Source: an uncultured Phenylobacterium sp.
GTDB lineage: Bacteria; Pseudomonadota; Alphaproteobacteria; Caulobacterales; Caulobacteraceae
Reading direction: 5' to 3'
Assembly (NCBI GenBank): GCA_966434565.1
Contig: CBJNAS010000001.1
Location: 1 to 43,087, forward strand
DNA: 43,087 bases
The notes beneath the pieces were generated by a model. It did not search any database. It was not told where the DNA came from and saw nothing but the letters and a program-made list of their open reading frames with translations. Made by a program: the position numbers and the translations under genes. Shown here in pieces: positions 25,529 through 35,692 of the stretch. Position 1 is the first letter of the stretch. Each line of letters starts with the position of its first letter.

Positions 25529-26878
25529 TTAGCCGCATCCGGCCGGGATAGCGCCCGCCGCCATGGCGAGACGTCCGCTCACGTAGGTCGAGTGCACCGC
25601 CCTGTCGTCCCCGAGCATCTGCAGGGCGAACAGCCGCTCGGCGAGGTCCCCACGGGCTGTGCGGCGCGCCAGAAGCGGCGTGCTGGCAGGGTCGAGCACC
25701 AGAAAATCGGCCTCCATACCGGGTTCGAGCGAGCCGATGCGGTCGCTCAGTCCGAGGATGGCCGCGCCGCCGGCCGTGGCGAGATGGAGGGCGCGGAAAG
25801 GGTCCAGGGCCTCGCCGCGCAGTTGGCAGACCTTGTAGGCCTCCCGGAGCGTCGCCAGCATGGAGAAGCTGGTCCCGGCGCCGACGTCGGTGCCGAAGCC
25901 CATACGGACTCCGGCCGCGTCCAGCGCGGCCAGATCGAACAGTCCCGACCCCAGGAAGAGGTTGGAGGTCGGGCAGAGGGCCACACCGGCGCGCGCCGCC
26001 GCCATCCGCGCCAGGGCTGTGGGTTCCAGATGGATGCAGTGCGCGAAAATCGAACGCGGGCCAACGAGGCCGAAACGCTCATAGACACCGAGATAGTCCG
26101 TCAAGTCACCGAATCGCTGCGCCACGGCCGCGACCTCAGCCAGATTCTCGGCCAAGTGGGTGTGCAGGAGGGCGTCGGGATGGGCGGCCAGCAGGTCGCC
26201 AGCCAGCGCCAACTGCGCGTCTGAGGAGGTGAGGGCGAAGCGGGGGATGATCGCATAGCCCAGCCGACCACGGCGGCGCCAGCGGGCGATCAGACCTTCG
26301 CTCTGGGCCCGGCCCTTGTCGTCGTGGTCGCGCAGGTGCTCGGGGCCCAGGTCCATCAGCACCTTGCCGGATATGATCCGCATGTCGCGTGCGTGCGCGG
26401 CTTCGAACAGGGCGTCGACCGAGGCTTCGTGCACGGTCGCGAAGACAAGGGCGGTCGTGGTGCCATTGCGCAGCAGTTCTTCGAGAAAGAAGTCAGCCGT
26501 GGCGCGGGCGTGGGACGGCGCCTCGAACGCCGCCTCCGCCGGGAAGATGTGATGGTCCAGCCAGTCGAGCAACTGGCGGCCATAGGAGGCGATACGGTCG
26601 ACCTGCGGATAGTGGATGTGGGTGTCGACGAAACCCGGGACGATGAGCTTGCCCGGAAAATGCTGCACGGCGAGGCCCGGAAAGCGCGGCGCGACGTCCG
26701 CGAGCGCCCCGACCGCGACGATCACGCCGTTCTCCACCACCAGCAACCCGTCGGCATGGTGGACGACGGCCTCTTCAGCGGCCTGACGCGGATCGTGGGG
26801 GACGCTGAGCAGTTCGGCACGATACCCGTTCAGCCCGCGGCCTTGCTTGAACGGCGCTGAGATACGTGAGGAAGGCAT
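25529..26878 (-). CDS. guaD: Guanine deaminase
   Basis: PGFVDTHIHYPQ, LLDWL, RNGTTTA, PRFA, HTHLAEN, FAHCIHL, CPTSNLFLGSG, GTDVGAGT, LGDDR. Start uncertain (26878 chosen; the track gives 26974). Confidence 0.92.
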   Translation of the reverse strand: MPSSRISAPFKQGRGLNGYRAELLSVPHDPRQAAEEAVVHHADGLLVVENGVIVAVGALADVAPRFPGLAVQHFPGKLIVPGFVDTHIHYPQVDRIASYGRQLLDWLDHHIFPAEAAFEAPSHARATADFFLEELLRNGTTTALVFATVHEASVDALFEAAHARDMRIISGKVLMDLGPEHLRDHDDKGRAQSEGLIARWRRRGRLGYAIIPRFALTSSDAQLALAGDLLAAHPDALLHTHLAENLAEVAAVAQRFGDLTDYLGVYERFGLVGPRSIFAHCIHLEPTALARMAAARAGVALCPTSNLFLGSGLFDLAALDAAGVRMGFGTDVGAGTSFSMLATLREAYKVCQLRGEALDPFRALHLATAGGAAILGLSDRIGSLEPGMEADFLVLDPASTPLLARRTARGDLAERLFALQMLGDDRAVHSTYVSGRLAMAAGAIPAGCG

Positions 26879-27040
26879 TCGTAACCGGGCCGTTCTCGAA
26901 CCTGCACTAAGCGCACAGACGCACGTCCGGGTTAGCGCACGATCATGCGGCGTCAAAACGCATCTTCCCGCCATCGCGGTCGTGCCCGTTGTGCGCCGGC
27001 AATCCAGCCGCTGTATGACGCAGACACGATCAACTCAACT

Positions 27041-27086
27041 GCTCTGTATTTTGCAACGCCTCGTCCCGATCATTGCGTTGGATCGG
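27041..27086 (+). promoter_or_regulatory. 46-bp conserved upstream element, copy A (probable LysR operator)
   Basis: 39/46 identical to 28341-28386 and 31/46 to 40512-40557, without gaps. Confidence 0.65.
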
Positions 27087-27188
27087 GTGCTTGTTTCCAA
27101 GCATCTTCCGCTGCCGTCCGAACGCCGCATTGGACCGGTGCGCCGCCGAGGGGGCGGTGTCGCGGCGCCAATGATTCAAGGATGACTG

Positions 27189-28331
27189 ATGGCGACTGAC
27201 CTGAATATGCGAGCGCGGGCCGTGAGGGCGCTTCGGTTCCTGCTTGTCGGCCTCTTGGCCGCGATGACGGCAGGGATCGCCCATGCCGGCGAGGCGAAGC
27301 GCAAGGTCATAATCGACGACGAGGGTTTCGGCCTCATGCATATGATGCTGATCGAGGCCGACGACGTCGACGTCGTCGGACTGACGACCGTGTCCGGAAA
27401 TGTCTGGGTTAACCGTGCGACGGCTTATGCGCTGCGAGGGCTGGAGATCATAGGGCGCACCGACATCCCGGTGGCCCAGGGCGCCACCTATCCGCTGCTC
27501 AACTCCGAGGCGCTGACGGCCCGCTGGGAGTCGCTTTACGGTAAGCTCACCTGGAAGGGCGCCTGGATGAAGCAGTGGGTCGAACCGACCGTCCAGGACC
27601 CGCCCCCCTATCATGGTCCGAACGATCCAGTCGTGCTGCCGTGGGGCAATCCCACGACCAAGCCGGTTGACGAGGTCGCGGCCAATTTCCTGATCCGCAT
27701 GGTTCACAAGTATCCGGGCCAGATCACGATCGTCGAAGGCGGGCCGATGACCAACCTCGCGCTCGCCCAGCGCCTCGACCCGGAATTCGCCGGACTCGCC
27801 AAGGAACTGGTTGTCATGGGCGGCAGCCTCAATCCTCAGCAGGTGCTGGACAACCGCTCCGCCGCCGACTTCGCCCGCGAATACGTCAACTCGCCCCGGC
27901 GCGAGTTCAACATCCGCTTTGACCCCGAGGCCGCGAGCATCGTGGCGCACAGCCCCTGGCGAAAGATCACCGTGGCGCCGGTGGATCCTTCGACCGCCAC
28001 ACAGCTGTCGCCCGAACTCATCAGCCGACTGGCGAAGGCGGCCCGGCCGGACATCGGCGCCTTTCTCGCCAAGTGGGAGCCCGGCTTTCCGCTGTGGGAC
28101 GAGGTCGCGGCGGCCGTCTGGCTCGACCCCGGTCTCGTGACGAAGCAGGACACCTTGTTCATCGACTTCAACACCCAGTTTGGCGCTGGTTACGGCGACA
28201 TGGTCACCTGGCGGGCCGGTTATCAGCCGGGGCTCGGCGAGCAAAGCGCGACCGTGGTGCGCGCGATCGACCCGAAACGGATGGAAGTCCTGATGGTCAA
28301 GCTGGTTGGGAGCACCGCGGCGAAGAAGTAA
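27189..28331 (+). CDS. Secreted nucleoside hydrolase (IUNH family)
   Basis: Signal peptide ending AHA-G. GLTTVSGN, DIPVAQGA, GPMTNLALA, VMGG, EFNIRFDPEAA, WDEVAAA. Confidence 0.85.
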   Translation: MATDLNMRARAVRALRFLLVGLLAAMTAGIAHAGEAKRKVIIDDEGFGLMHMMLIEADDVDVVGLTTVSGNVWVNRATAYALRGLEIIGRTDIPVAQGATYPLLNSEALTARWESLYGKLTWKGAWMKQWVEPTVQDPPPYHGPNDPVVLPWGNPTTKPVDEVAANFLIRMVHKYPGQITIVEGGPMTNLALAQRLDPEFAGLAKELVVMGGSLNPQQVLDNRSAADFAREYVNSPRREFNIRFDPEAASIVAHSPWRKITVAPVDPSTATQLSPELISRLAKAARPDIGAFLAKWEPGFPLWDEVAAAVWLDPGLVTKQDTLFIDFNTQFGAGYGDMVTWRAGYQPGLGEQSATVVRAIDPKRMEVLMVKLVGSTAAKK

Positions 28332-28340
28332 CCCCTCCCC

Positions 28341-28386
28341 GCGCTGTTTTTTGCAACGGCTTGTTCCGATCATTGAGCTGGATCGG
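28341..28386 (+). promoter_or_regulatory. 46-bp conserved upstream element, copy B
   Basis: Near-identical to copy A. Lies in the gap before the permease-catabolism operon. Confidence 0.65.
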
Positions 28387-28433
28387 CCGGCCCTTTCCAG
28401 CCCATCCTCGATCCCGAGGCTAGGCCAAGACCG

Positions 28434-29849
28434 TTGGGGGAATCATTGGTGGATCGCGGGGGAGAGGAGGAGCTTGTTCCTTACGCGCCGGCGAAGCCGG
28501 AGCGTCGCGGGGCGGCATCGGTCCGGGCGACATTCGAGCGCGTCTTCGACCTCGCGGCGCGCGGAACGACGGTCAGGACGGAGTTGCTGGCCGGTGCGAC
28601 CACCTTCGTCACGATGGCTTATATCGTCCTGGTCAATCCGACGATCCTGGGACAGGCCGGTCTGCCGGTCGCCGCGGTCGCGGCCGCCACCTGCTTCGCC
28701 GCCGGCTTCGCCTCCATCGTGATGGGCCTCTTCGCCAACGTTCCCCTGGCTCTGGCGCCGGGGATGGGTCTGAACGCCTATTTCGCCTTCACCGTCGTCC
28801 AGCAGATGGGCGTCCCCTGGCCGGTCGCGCTCGGCTGCGTCTTCGTGTCGGGCCTGGCCTTCCTGATCCTGACGCTGACCGGCGTGCGCCAGTTGATCGT
28901 GGGGGCCATCCCGCCGCATCTGTTCGCCGCGGTCGCCGGCGGCATCGGCCTGTTCATCGGCTTCATCGGCCTGAAGAACGCCGGCGTGATCGTCGCCAAT
29001 CCCGCCACATTCGTCGCCCTGGGCGACCTGCATGCGCCGAGCGCCGCCCTGGCCGTTTTCGGCCTGCTGGTCATCGCGGCGCTAAGCGTCTGGCGGGTTC
29101 ACGGCGCCATGCTGATCGGCATCGTCGTCACGACCCTCGTCGCCTGGCTCACCGGCCAGATCGCGCTCAAGCCCGCGGCCTATGACCTGGCGGCCCTCAG
29201 CCAGACCGCGTTCAAACTCGACTTGGCGGGGGTCTTCGGCCTCGGCGGCAAGCACGGGCTCGGCCTGTTGGAGGTTCTGTTCGTCTTCCTCTTCGTCGAC
29301 CTCTTCGACAACATCGGCACTCTGGTGGCGGTCACCAAACGGGCCGGCCTGATCGACGCCGCCGGGCGCATTCCGGGGCTCAACCGCATCCTGCTCACCG
29401 ACGCGATCTCGACCATGGTCGGCGCCATGGCGGGGACCAGCACGGTCACGAGCTATGTGGAGAGCGCCGCGGGCGTCCAAGCGGGCGGCCGCACTGGCCT
29501 CACCGCGGTGGTCACCGGCATGCTCTTCCTGGCCACCATGTTCGTGGCCCCCTACGCCCAGGTAGTTCCGGTCGCCGCCACTGCGCCGGCGCTGATCATC
29601 GTCGGCGGCCTGATGCTGCTGCCTCTGGCCGAGGTCGCCTGGGACGACCCGATGGCGGCGATCCCCGCCTTCCTCACCGTGGCGTTAATTCCTCTGACCT
29701 TCTCGATCGCGAACGGTCTGGCGTTTGGCCTGACCGCGCACGCCCTGCTCAAGGCCGCGCGCGGCCAGTTGCGCCAGCAAGACTGGCTGCTCGTGGCGCT
29801 GGCGGGGCTGTTCATTTTCCGCTTCATCTGGCTGTCGGGCGCCGGCTGA
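28434..29849 (+). CDS. NCS2/AzgA-type purine nucleobase permease
   Basis: TELLAGATTFVTMAYIVLVNP, APGMGLNAYF, FDNIGT, TSYVESAAG, GGRTGLT, PLTFSIANG. Start approximate. Confidence 0.92.
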   Translation: MGESLVDRGGEEELVPYAPAKPERRGAASVRATFERVFDLAARGTTVRTELLAGATTFVTMAYIVLVNPTILGQAGLPVAAVAAATCFAAGFASIVMGLFANVPLALAPGMGLNAYFAFTVVQQMGVPWPVALGCVFVSGLAFLILTLTGVRQLIVGAIPPHLFAAVAGGIGLFIGFIGLKNAGVIVANPATFVALGDLHAPSAALAVFGLLVIAALSVWRVHGAMLIGIVVTTLVAWLTGQIALKPAAYDLAALSQTAFKLDLAGVFGLGGKHGLGLLEVLFVFLFVDLFDNIGTLVAVTKRAGLIDAAGRIPGLNRILLTDAISTMVGAMAGTSTVTSYVESAAGVQAGGRTGLTAVVTGMLFLATMFVAPYAQVVPVAATAPALIIVGGLMLLPLAEVAWDDPMAAIPAFLTVALIPLTFSIANGLAFGLTAHALLKAARGQLRQQDWLLVALAGLFIFRFIWLSGAG

Positions 29850-31117
29850 TGGCGAGCGCCTCACCTCTCGATGCGGCGTCCTCAGCCGGCGCCCGAGCGG
29901 TCGAACGCTGCCGTCGCCTCAGCCGGCCGCCTTACAGCGACGCGCCGTCCGCGCTCTATCGGGCCTTTCTGACCCCGGCCCATGCCGCGACGCGCGACAA
30001 GCTCGCAGAGTGGATGGGCGAGGCTGGCCTTGAGACCCGTATCGATCCGGCGGGCAACCTGGTGGGGCGCTATCCCGCCGCAGCGGGCGATGCGACGGAC
30101 GCACCGGCGCTGCTGATCGGCAGCCACATCGACAGCGTGCGCGACGCCGGCGCCTTTGACGGGCCGCTCGGCGTCATGCTCGGCATCGAATGCGCCGCCG
30201 TCCTGCAGGCGCAGGGGCGACGGCTGCCGTTTGCCATCGAGGTCATCGCCTTCGGGGACGAGGAGGGATCGCGCTTTCCCGCCTCGATGCTAACCAGCCG
30301 TGCGGTCGCCGGCGTGCTGGATCCGGAGGATCTGGACATCCGCGACGGCGCCGGTGTCGCCCTGGCCGACGCCCTGGCCGCCTTCGGCCTCGACAGGGAC
30401 CGGTTCGCGTCCGCCCGGCGCCCGCGCGGAAGCGTGCTCGGCTATTTCGAGGCGCACATCGAACAGGGACCGCTGTTGGAGGCGGAGGGGCTGGCGCTTG
30501 GCGTGGTCACCGCCATTGCGGCGCAGAAGCGCTTCGCCGTTATCCTGACCGGCAAGGCTGGCCATGCCGGCACCAGTTCGATGGCGCTGCGTTGCGACGC
30601 GCTGACCGCTGCGGCGGAGGCGGTGCTCGCGGTCGAACGGGTGGCGCGAGAAGGCTCGGCCGACCTGGTTGCAACGGTGGGACGCCTCACCGCCGCGCCG
30701 GGCGCGCCAAACGTCATTCCCGGGCGGGTCGAGTTCACCATCGATGTGCGCGCGGGCAGCGACGCCGACTGCGACGCGGCGGCCTCGCGCATCCAGGAGG
30801 CGATCGCCGTCATCGCCGCAGGCCGCGGCGTGGGCCTGGAGGTTCGCCAGACCCAGGCGCTAGGCGCCAGCCCCTGCGATCCGGGGCTGACGGATCGACT
30901 GGCCGCGGCGGTCGCCGCCACCGGGCAAGAGCCGCGCCGGATGGTGAGCGGCGCCGGCCACGATGCCATGATCATGGCCGCGCTGGCGCCGACGGCCATG
31001 CTTTTCATCCGCTGTGCCGGGGGCGTCAGCCATAATCCGCTCGAAGACGTTGCAGTGGAAGATGCTGAGCTCGCGGTGCAGGCCATGCTGCGGTTTATCG
31101 AAGGGTTATCGCCATGA
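29849..31117 (+). CDS. allC: Allantoate amidohydrolase (M20 family)
   Basis: GSHIDSV, DGPLG, DEEGSRF, EAHIEQG, GHAG, SGAGHDA, SHNPLE, in a purine-catabolism context. Confidence 0.85.
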   Translation: MASASPLDAASSAGARAVERCRRLSRPPYSDAPSALYRAFLTPAHAATRDKLAEWMGEAGLETRIDPAGNLVGRYPAAAGDATDAPALLIGSHIDSVRDAGAFDGPLGVMLGIECAAVLQAQGRRLPFAIEVIAFGDEEGSRFPASMLTSRAVAGVLDPEDLDIRDGAGVALADALAAFGLDRDRFASARRPRGSVLGYFEAHIEQGPLLEAEGLALGVVTAIAAQKRFAVILTGKAGHAGTSSMALRCDALTAAAEAVLAVERVAREGSADLVATVGRLTAAPGAPNVIPGRVEFTIDVRAGSDADCDAAASRIQEAIAVIAAGRGVGLEVRQTQALGASPCDPGLTDRLAAAVAATGQEPRRMVSGAGHDAMIMAALAPTAMLFIRCAGGVSHNPLEDVAVEDAELAVQAMLRFIEGLSP

Positions 31118-31998
31118 GCCGTGACCTGGTCGGCTATGGGCCGAGGCCGCCGGAGGCCCGCTGGCCGAGCGGCGCCCGCATCGCCGTGCAGTTCGTCATC
31201 AACTACGAGGAAGGCGCCGAGCGCAGCGTCGAGCTCGGCGACGCCGGCTCCGAGGCGTTCCTCTCCGAGATGGTGGGGGCGCAGAGCCACGCCGGCGCCC
31301 GGTCGATGGCGATGGAAAGCCTCTACGAATACGGCAGCCGCGCAGGCTTCTGGCGGCTGCACCGGCTGTTCAGCTCGCGCGGGGCGCCGGTCACCGTCTT
31401 CGGCGTGGCGATGGCGCTGGCCGCAAACCCCGAGGCGGTCGCCGCCATGCAGGCCGCAGACTGGGAGATCGCGAGCCATGGGCTTCGCTGGATCGACTAC
31501 CAGAGCGTGCCCGAGGAAGTGGAGCGCCTCCACGTCACCCAGGCGATCGCCCTGCACAGCGAGGTGACCGGCGCCCGCCCGCTCGGTTGGTATCAAGGCC
31601 GCACGAGCCCCAATACCGCGCGCATCGTCGCCGAGGAGGGCGGCTTTCTCTACGACGCCGACAGCTACGCCGACGACCTGCCCTATTACGACCGCCGTTA
31701 CGGCCGCGCGCAGCTCGTCGTGCCCTACACGCTCGATGCGAACGACATGAAGATGGTCGCCTACAACGGCTTCACCGAGGGCGAGCAGTTCTTCCGTTAC
31801 CTGCGCGACACCTTCGAGATGTTGCGCAGCGAAGGCGGGCGGATGATGTCCGTGGGCCTGCACGGGCGCATCGCCGGCCGGCCCGCGCGCGCGGCGGCCG
31901 TGGCGCGCTTCCTCGACCATGTGCAGGCCTGTCCTGACGCCTGGATCGCCCGTCGCATCGACATCGCCCGTCACTGGCTGGAGGCGCATCCGGCATGA
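31114..31998 (+). CDS. puuE: Allantoinase PuuE (polysaccharide deacetylase fold)
   Basis: RDLVGYG, QFVINYEEG, ESLYEYGSRAGFWR, ASHGLRW, DSYADDLP, PYTLDANDM, MMSVGLH. Confidence 0.93.
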   Translation: MSRDLVGYGPRPPEARWPSGARIAVQFVINYEEGAERSVELGDAGSEAFLSEMVGAQSHAGARSMAMESLYEYGSRAGFWRLHRLFSSRGAPVTVFGVAMALAANPEAVAAMQAADWEIASHGLRWIDYQSVPEEVERLHVTQAIALHSEVTGARPLGWYQGRTSPNTARIVAEEGGFLYDADSYADDLPYYDRRYGRAQLVVPYTLDANDMKMVAYNGFTEGEQFFRYLRDTFEMLRSEGGRMMSVGLHGRIAGRPARAAAVARFLDHVQACPDAWIARRIDIARHWLEAHPA

Positions 31999-32486
31999 GC
32001 GGCGATGAGATTATGGCGCTGTCCGACGACGCCTTCGCCGACCGCCTCGGCTTCCTTTTCGAACACAGCCCCTGGGTGGTCGAGCGCGCCGCCCGGCGCC
32101 GCCCATTCGCCGACCTGCACGCCGGCCTGATGCAGGTGGTCGTCGAAGCGTCGCACGACGAGCAGCTGGCGTTGGTCCGCGCCCACCCGGAGCTCGCCGG
32201 CAAGGCCGCGGTCGACCGCGCACTGACCGTGGCTTCAGCCGCCGAACAGGCCTCGGCCGGCCTGGACCGGCTCTCGCCGGCGGAGTTCGACCGCTTCCAT
32301 GCGCTGAACGCCGCCTACCGCGAGCGCTTCGGCTTCCCGTTCGTGATCTGCGTACGCAAGACCGATAAGGCCGGCATCCTGGCGGCCATGCAGCGCCGCC
32401 TCGCAAACGACCGCGACGCCGAGCTTGCCACGGCGCTCGCCGAAGTCGGCGAGATCGTCCGGTTACGACTGGAGGACCTCGGATGA
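31995..32486 (+). CDS. uraD: OHCU decarboxylase
   Basis: FEHSPW, AHPELAG, EQASAGL, LNAAYRERFGFPFVICV. Confidence 0.93.
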   Translation: MSGDEIMALSDDAFADRLGFLFEHSPWVVERAARRRPFADLHAGLMQVVVEASHDEQLALVRAHPELAGKAAVDRALTVASAAEQASAGLDRLSPAEFDRFHALNAAYRERFGFPFVICVRKTDKAGILAAMQRRLANDRDAELATALAEVGEIVRLRLEDLG

Positions 32487-33922
32487 GCTGGGCTCCGCCT
32501 GCGAGCCTCGCCGAGCTGGAGGTCGAGCTCGCCCGCCAGCTTGCCCTGATCGGCCACGGCGGGCCGGACTGGACCCGGCCCCGCGTCCACGCTGAGGGCC
32601 ATGTATTCGACGTCGTGATCGTCGGCGGCGGCCAAAGCGGCCTGGCGGCGGCTTTCGGGCTGATGCGGGAGCGCGTCTCCAACCTGCTCATTCTCGACGA
32701 GAATTCCGCGGGTCTTGAAGGGCCGTGGGAGACCTACGCCCGGATGATCACGCTGAGGACTCCCAAGGAGCTCAATCCGATCGATTTCGGCGTGCCCGCG
32801 CTCAGCTATCGCGCCTGGTGGGAGGCCCAGCACGGCCCGGGCGGTTGGGAGGCGGTCGACAAGATCGCCCGAGGGGGCTGGATGTCCTACCTGCGCTGGT
32901 ACCGGCGGGTCCTGGAATTGCCTGTGCGCAACGATACGCGGTTGGAGCTCATCGAGCCGCTTGGCGAGGGCCTGCACCGGCTGCACGTCGCTGCTGGCGC
33001 GCCGCTGCTGGCGCGCAAAGTGATCCTGGCGACGGGGATCCAGGGCGGGGGCGAGTGGCATGTCCCGCCGATGGTCCGCGACGCCTTGCCCCGTCGCCTC
33101 TACGCCCACACCAGCGAGGCCATCGACTATGCGGCCTTGGCCGGTCGGCGCATCGCCATCCTGGGGGGCGGCGCCTCGGCCTTCGACAACGCCAACGCGG
33201 CGCTCGCGGCCGGCGTGCGGGAGGCGCACGTCTTCATCCGCCGCAACAGTCTGCCGCGCATCAACCCCATCCGCTTCATGGAGCGGGTCGGCTTCACCGG
33301 GCGCTATCCGGCCCTGGACGATGCGGCGAAATACGAGGTCATGGCCTGCTTCCTGGGCCATAACCAGCCGCCGACGAACGACACCTTCGAGCGGGCCGCC
33401 GCTTGGCCGGGTTTCGACCTGCACCTAGGCGCGCCGTGGCGGACGGTGGCGCCGTGCGACGACGGCGTTCGCGTGACCACCCCGAAGGGCGACCATCAGT
33501 TCGACTTCCTGGTGCTCTCGACCGGTCTGGTGAGCGATCCCGCGCTCAGGCCGGAACTGCGGCTGGTCGGCGATCAGGTCGCCCGCTGGGGCGACCGGTT
33601 CACGCCCCCGTCCGGCGAAGCCAACGCCATGATCGACGCCCATCCTTATCTCGGCCCGGGCTTCGAGCTCCTCGCCCGCGACGCGGCGGGAGCCGAGGCG
33701 CTGCGTGGCCTCTTCGCTTTCAACTATTCGGCCCTGATCAGCCTGGGGCTCTCCGCCGCCGCGCTGTCGGGCCTGAAGACCGCCCTGCCCCGTCTCGTGC
33801 AGGGCGTGACCAACCAGCTCTTCATCGACGACAGCGGGCCGCTGCTGGCCGACTTCCTCGCCTATGACGAGCCCGAATTCCTGGGCCAATGGCCGCCGCA
33901 GGAAGAGGACGCCGCCGCATGA
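32483..33922 (+). CDS. hpyO: FAD-dependent urate hydroxylase, HpyO type
   Basis: VGGGQSG, GPWETYARMITLRTPK, LATG, GGGASAFD, HPYLG. Lies between uraD and uraH. Confidence 0.78.
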   Translation: MSWAPPASLAELEVELARQLALIGHGGPDWTRPRVHAEGHVFDVVIVGGGQSGLAAAFGLMRERVSNLLILDENSAGLEGPWETYARMITLRTPKELNPIDFGVPALSYRAWWEAQHGPGGWEAVDKIARGGWMSYLRWYRRVLELPVRNDTRLELIEPLGEGLHRLHVAAGAPLLARKVILATGIQGGGEWHVPPMVRDALPRRLYAHTSEAIDYAALAGRRIAILGGGASAFDNANAALAAGVREAHVFIRRNSLPRINPIRFMERVGFTGRYPALDDAAKYEVMACFLGHNQPPTNDTFERAAAWPGFDLHLGAPWRTVAPCDDGVRVTTPKGDHQFDFLVLSTGLVSDPALRPELRLVGDQVARWGDRFTPPSGEANAMIDAHPYLGPGFELLARDAAGAEALRGLFAFNYSALISLGLSAAALSGLKTALPRLVQGVTNQLFIDDSGPLLADFLAYDEPEFLGQWPPQEEDAAA

Positions 33923-34248
33923 GCAGCCTCTCCACCCATGTGCTCGACACCTCGCACGGCCGCCCCGCCGCGGGCGTGATGCTGCGCCTCCTCGCCGAGG
34001 GGAAGGTGCTGTTCGAAGGGCGCACCGACGCCGATGGGCGGCGCCGCGACCTGCCGGCGCTGCCGCCCGGACGGTACGAGCTCGAGTTCGCGGTCGCCGA
34101 CTATTTCCGCGCCCTAGGCGTTGCGCAGAGCGATCCGCCCTTCCTCGACCTGGTCTGCATCCGCTTCGGCCTTGCCGAGGCCGACGCCCACTATCACGTG
34201 CCGCTGCTGGTCTCGCCCTACGGTTACTCGACCTACAGGGGCAGTTGA
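33919..34248 (+). CDS. uraH: 5-hydroxyisourate hydrolase (transthyretin-like)
   Basis: ATG at 33919 (ATGA overlap). LSTHVLD, GRPA, HYHVPLL and C-terminal YSTYRGS. Confidence 0.95.
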   Translation: MSSLSTHVLDTSHGRPAAGVMLRLLAEGKVLFEGRTDADGRRRDLPALPPGRYELEFAVADYFRALGVAQSDPPFLDLVCIRFGLAEADAHYHVPLLVSPYGYSTYRGS

Positions 34249-34249
34249 G

Positions 34250-35692
34250 ATGACGAAGGACGCCGCCACGGTCCGCTTCTTTCTCGATGATGAGTTGATC
34301 GAACTGCACGAGGTGGATCCGACCGCCACCCTGCTCGACCTCCTGCGCTACCGGCTACGACGCACCGGAACCAAGGAGGGCTGCGCCGAGGGCGACTGCG
34401 GCGCCTGCACTGTGCTGGTGGGCGAACTGGCCGGTCCAAAGATCGCCTGGCGCGCGGTCAACGCCTGCATCCTCTTCCTGCCGATGCTCGACGGCCGCGC
34501 CCTGCTGACGGTCGAGAGCTTGTCGCCTGGGGGCAAGCTGCATCCCCTGCAGGCGCAGATGGCCGCGAGCGGCGCCTCCCAGTGCGGCTTCTGCACGCCG
34601 GGCTTCGTCATGTCGCTCTATGGCCGCAGTTGCGGGGCCAGCGGCGCCGACCTGCCGGTGGCCGACGTGATCGCCGGCAACCTTTGCCGTTGCACCGGCT
34701 ATGGCCCGATCCTGGAGGCGGGCGCGGCGATCGAGCCGTGCGCGCGCGACGACGGCGCTCTGGTCCAGGCGCTGGCCGCGCTGCAGCGGCCGAACGGCGC
34801 GCGTGGCCGCCACGGCTGGCGGCTCTGGTTCGCCCCGCGCTCGGTCGAAGAGCTGGCGGAAATCCTCGCCCAGCATCCGGACGCGCTCCTCGTCGCCGGC
34901 GCGACCGACGTCGGGCTGTGGGTGACCAAGGAGCTCAAGGTCCTGCAGAAGGTGGTGTTCCTCGCCGACGTGGCCGAGCTTGGCCGCATCGAGGAGGCGC
35001 CGGGCGGCCTGCGCCTCGGAGCGGGGGTTCGCTACGCCGACGCCCACGCTGCGCTCGGCCGATTGCATCCCGACCTTGGCGAGCTGGTACGGCGGATCGG
35101 CGGCCTGCAGGTTCGCAACGCCGCCACCGTCGGCGGCAATATCGCCAACGGCTCGCCGATCGGCGACGGCCCGCCGGCCTTCATCGCCTTGGGGGCCGAG
35201 CTGACGCTCTGCAGCGCCCAGGGCCGACGCACCCTGCCGCTGGAGGACTTTTTCCTCGAGTACGGCAAGCAGGACCGGCGTCCTGGCGAGTTCGTCGAAA
35301 GCCTCTGGACGCCGCGGCCAAAGCCCGACGACGTCATCCTGGTCTCAAAGCTGTCCAAGCGCTTCGACAGCGACATCTCCGCCGTCTGCGGCGCGATCGC
35401 GCTGTCGGTCGCGGACGGCCGAATTGAAAGCGCGCGCGTAGCCTTTGGGGGAATGGCGGCGACGCCGCGGCGCGCGCGGGCCTGCGAAACCGCCCTGATC
35501 GGCCAGCCGTTCACCTTTGCGACGATCGAAGGCGCCGCTTGGGCCCTGCGGCAGGATTATGCGCCGCTCAGCGACCTCCGCGGCTCGGCCGCTTATCGGC
35601 TGGAAACCGCGGCCAACCTCCTGCGCCGGCTCTGGCGCCGCGCGCAGGGCGAGGCGGTTTCGGTGCTGGAGGGGGAGAGGGCCCATGGCTGA
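34250..35692 (+). CDS. xdhA: Xanthine dehydrogenase small subunit (2Fe-2S + FAD)
   Basis: ATG at 34250. GTKEGCAEGDCGAC, QCGFCTPG, NLCRCTGY, AGATD, GGNIANGSPIGD, KLSKRFDSDIS. Confidence 0.95.
   Translation: MTKDAATVRFFLDDELIELHEVDPTATLLDLLRYRLRRTGTKEGCAEGDCGACTVLVGELAGPKIAWRAVNACILFLPMLDGRALLTVESLSPGGKLHPLQAQMAASGASQCGFCTPGFVMSLYGRSCGASGADLPVADVIAGNLCRCTGYGPILEAGAAIEPCARDDGALVQALAALQRPNGARGRHGWRLWFAPRSVEELAEILAQHPDALLVAGATDVGLWVTKELKVLQKVVFLADVAELGRIEEAPGGLRLGAGVRYADAHAALGRLHPDLGELVRRIGGLQVRNAATVGGNIANGSPIGDGPPAFIALGAELTLCSAQGRRTLPLEDFFLEYGKQDRRPGEFVESLWTPRPKPDDVILVSKLSKRFDSDISAVCGAIALSVADGRIESARVAFGGMAATPRRARACETALIGQPFTFATIEGAAWALRQDYAPLSDLRGSAAYRLETAANLLRRLWRRAQGEAVSVLEGERAHG

Noticed and set aside
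25519-25540. Hairpin GGGTGCGGC-CTTA-GCCGCATCC over the guaD stop codon
   Set aside because: No U-tract, and GC-rich stems arise easily by chance. Not called as a terminator.
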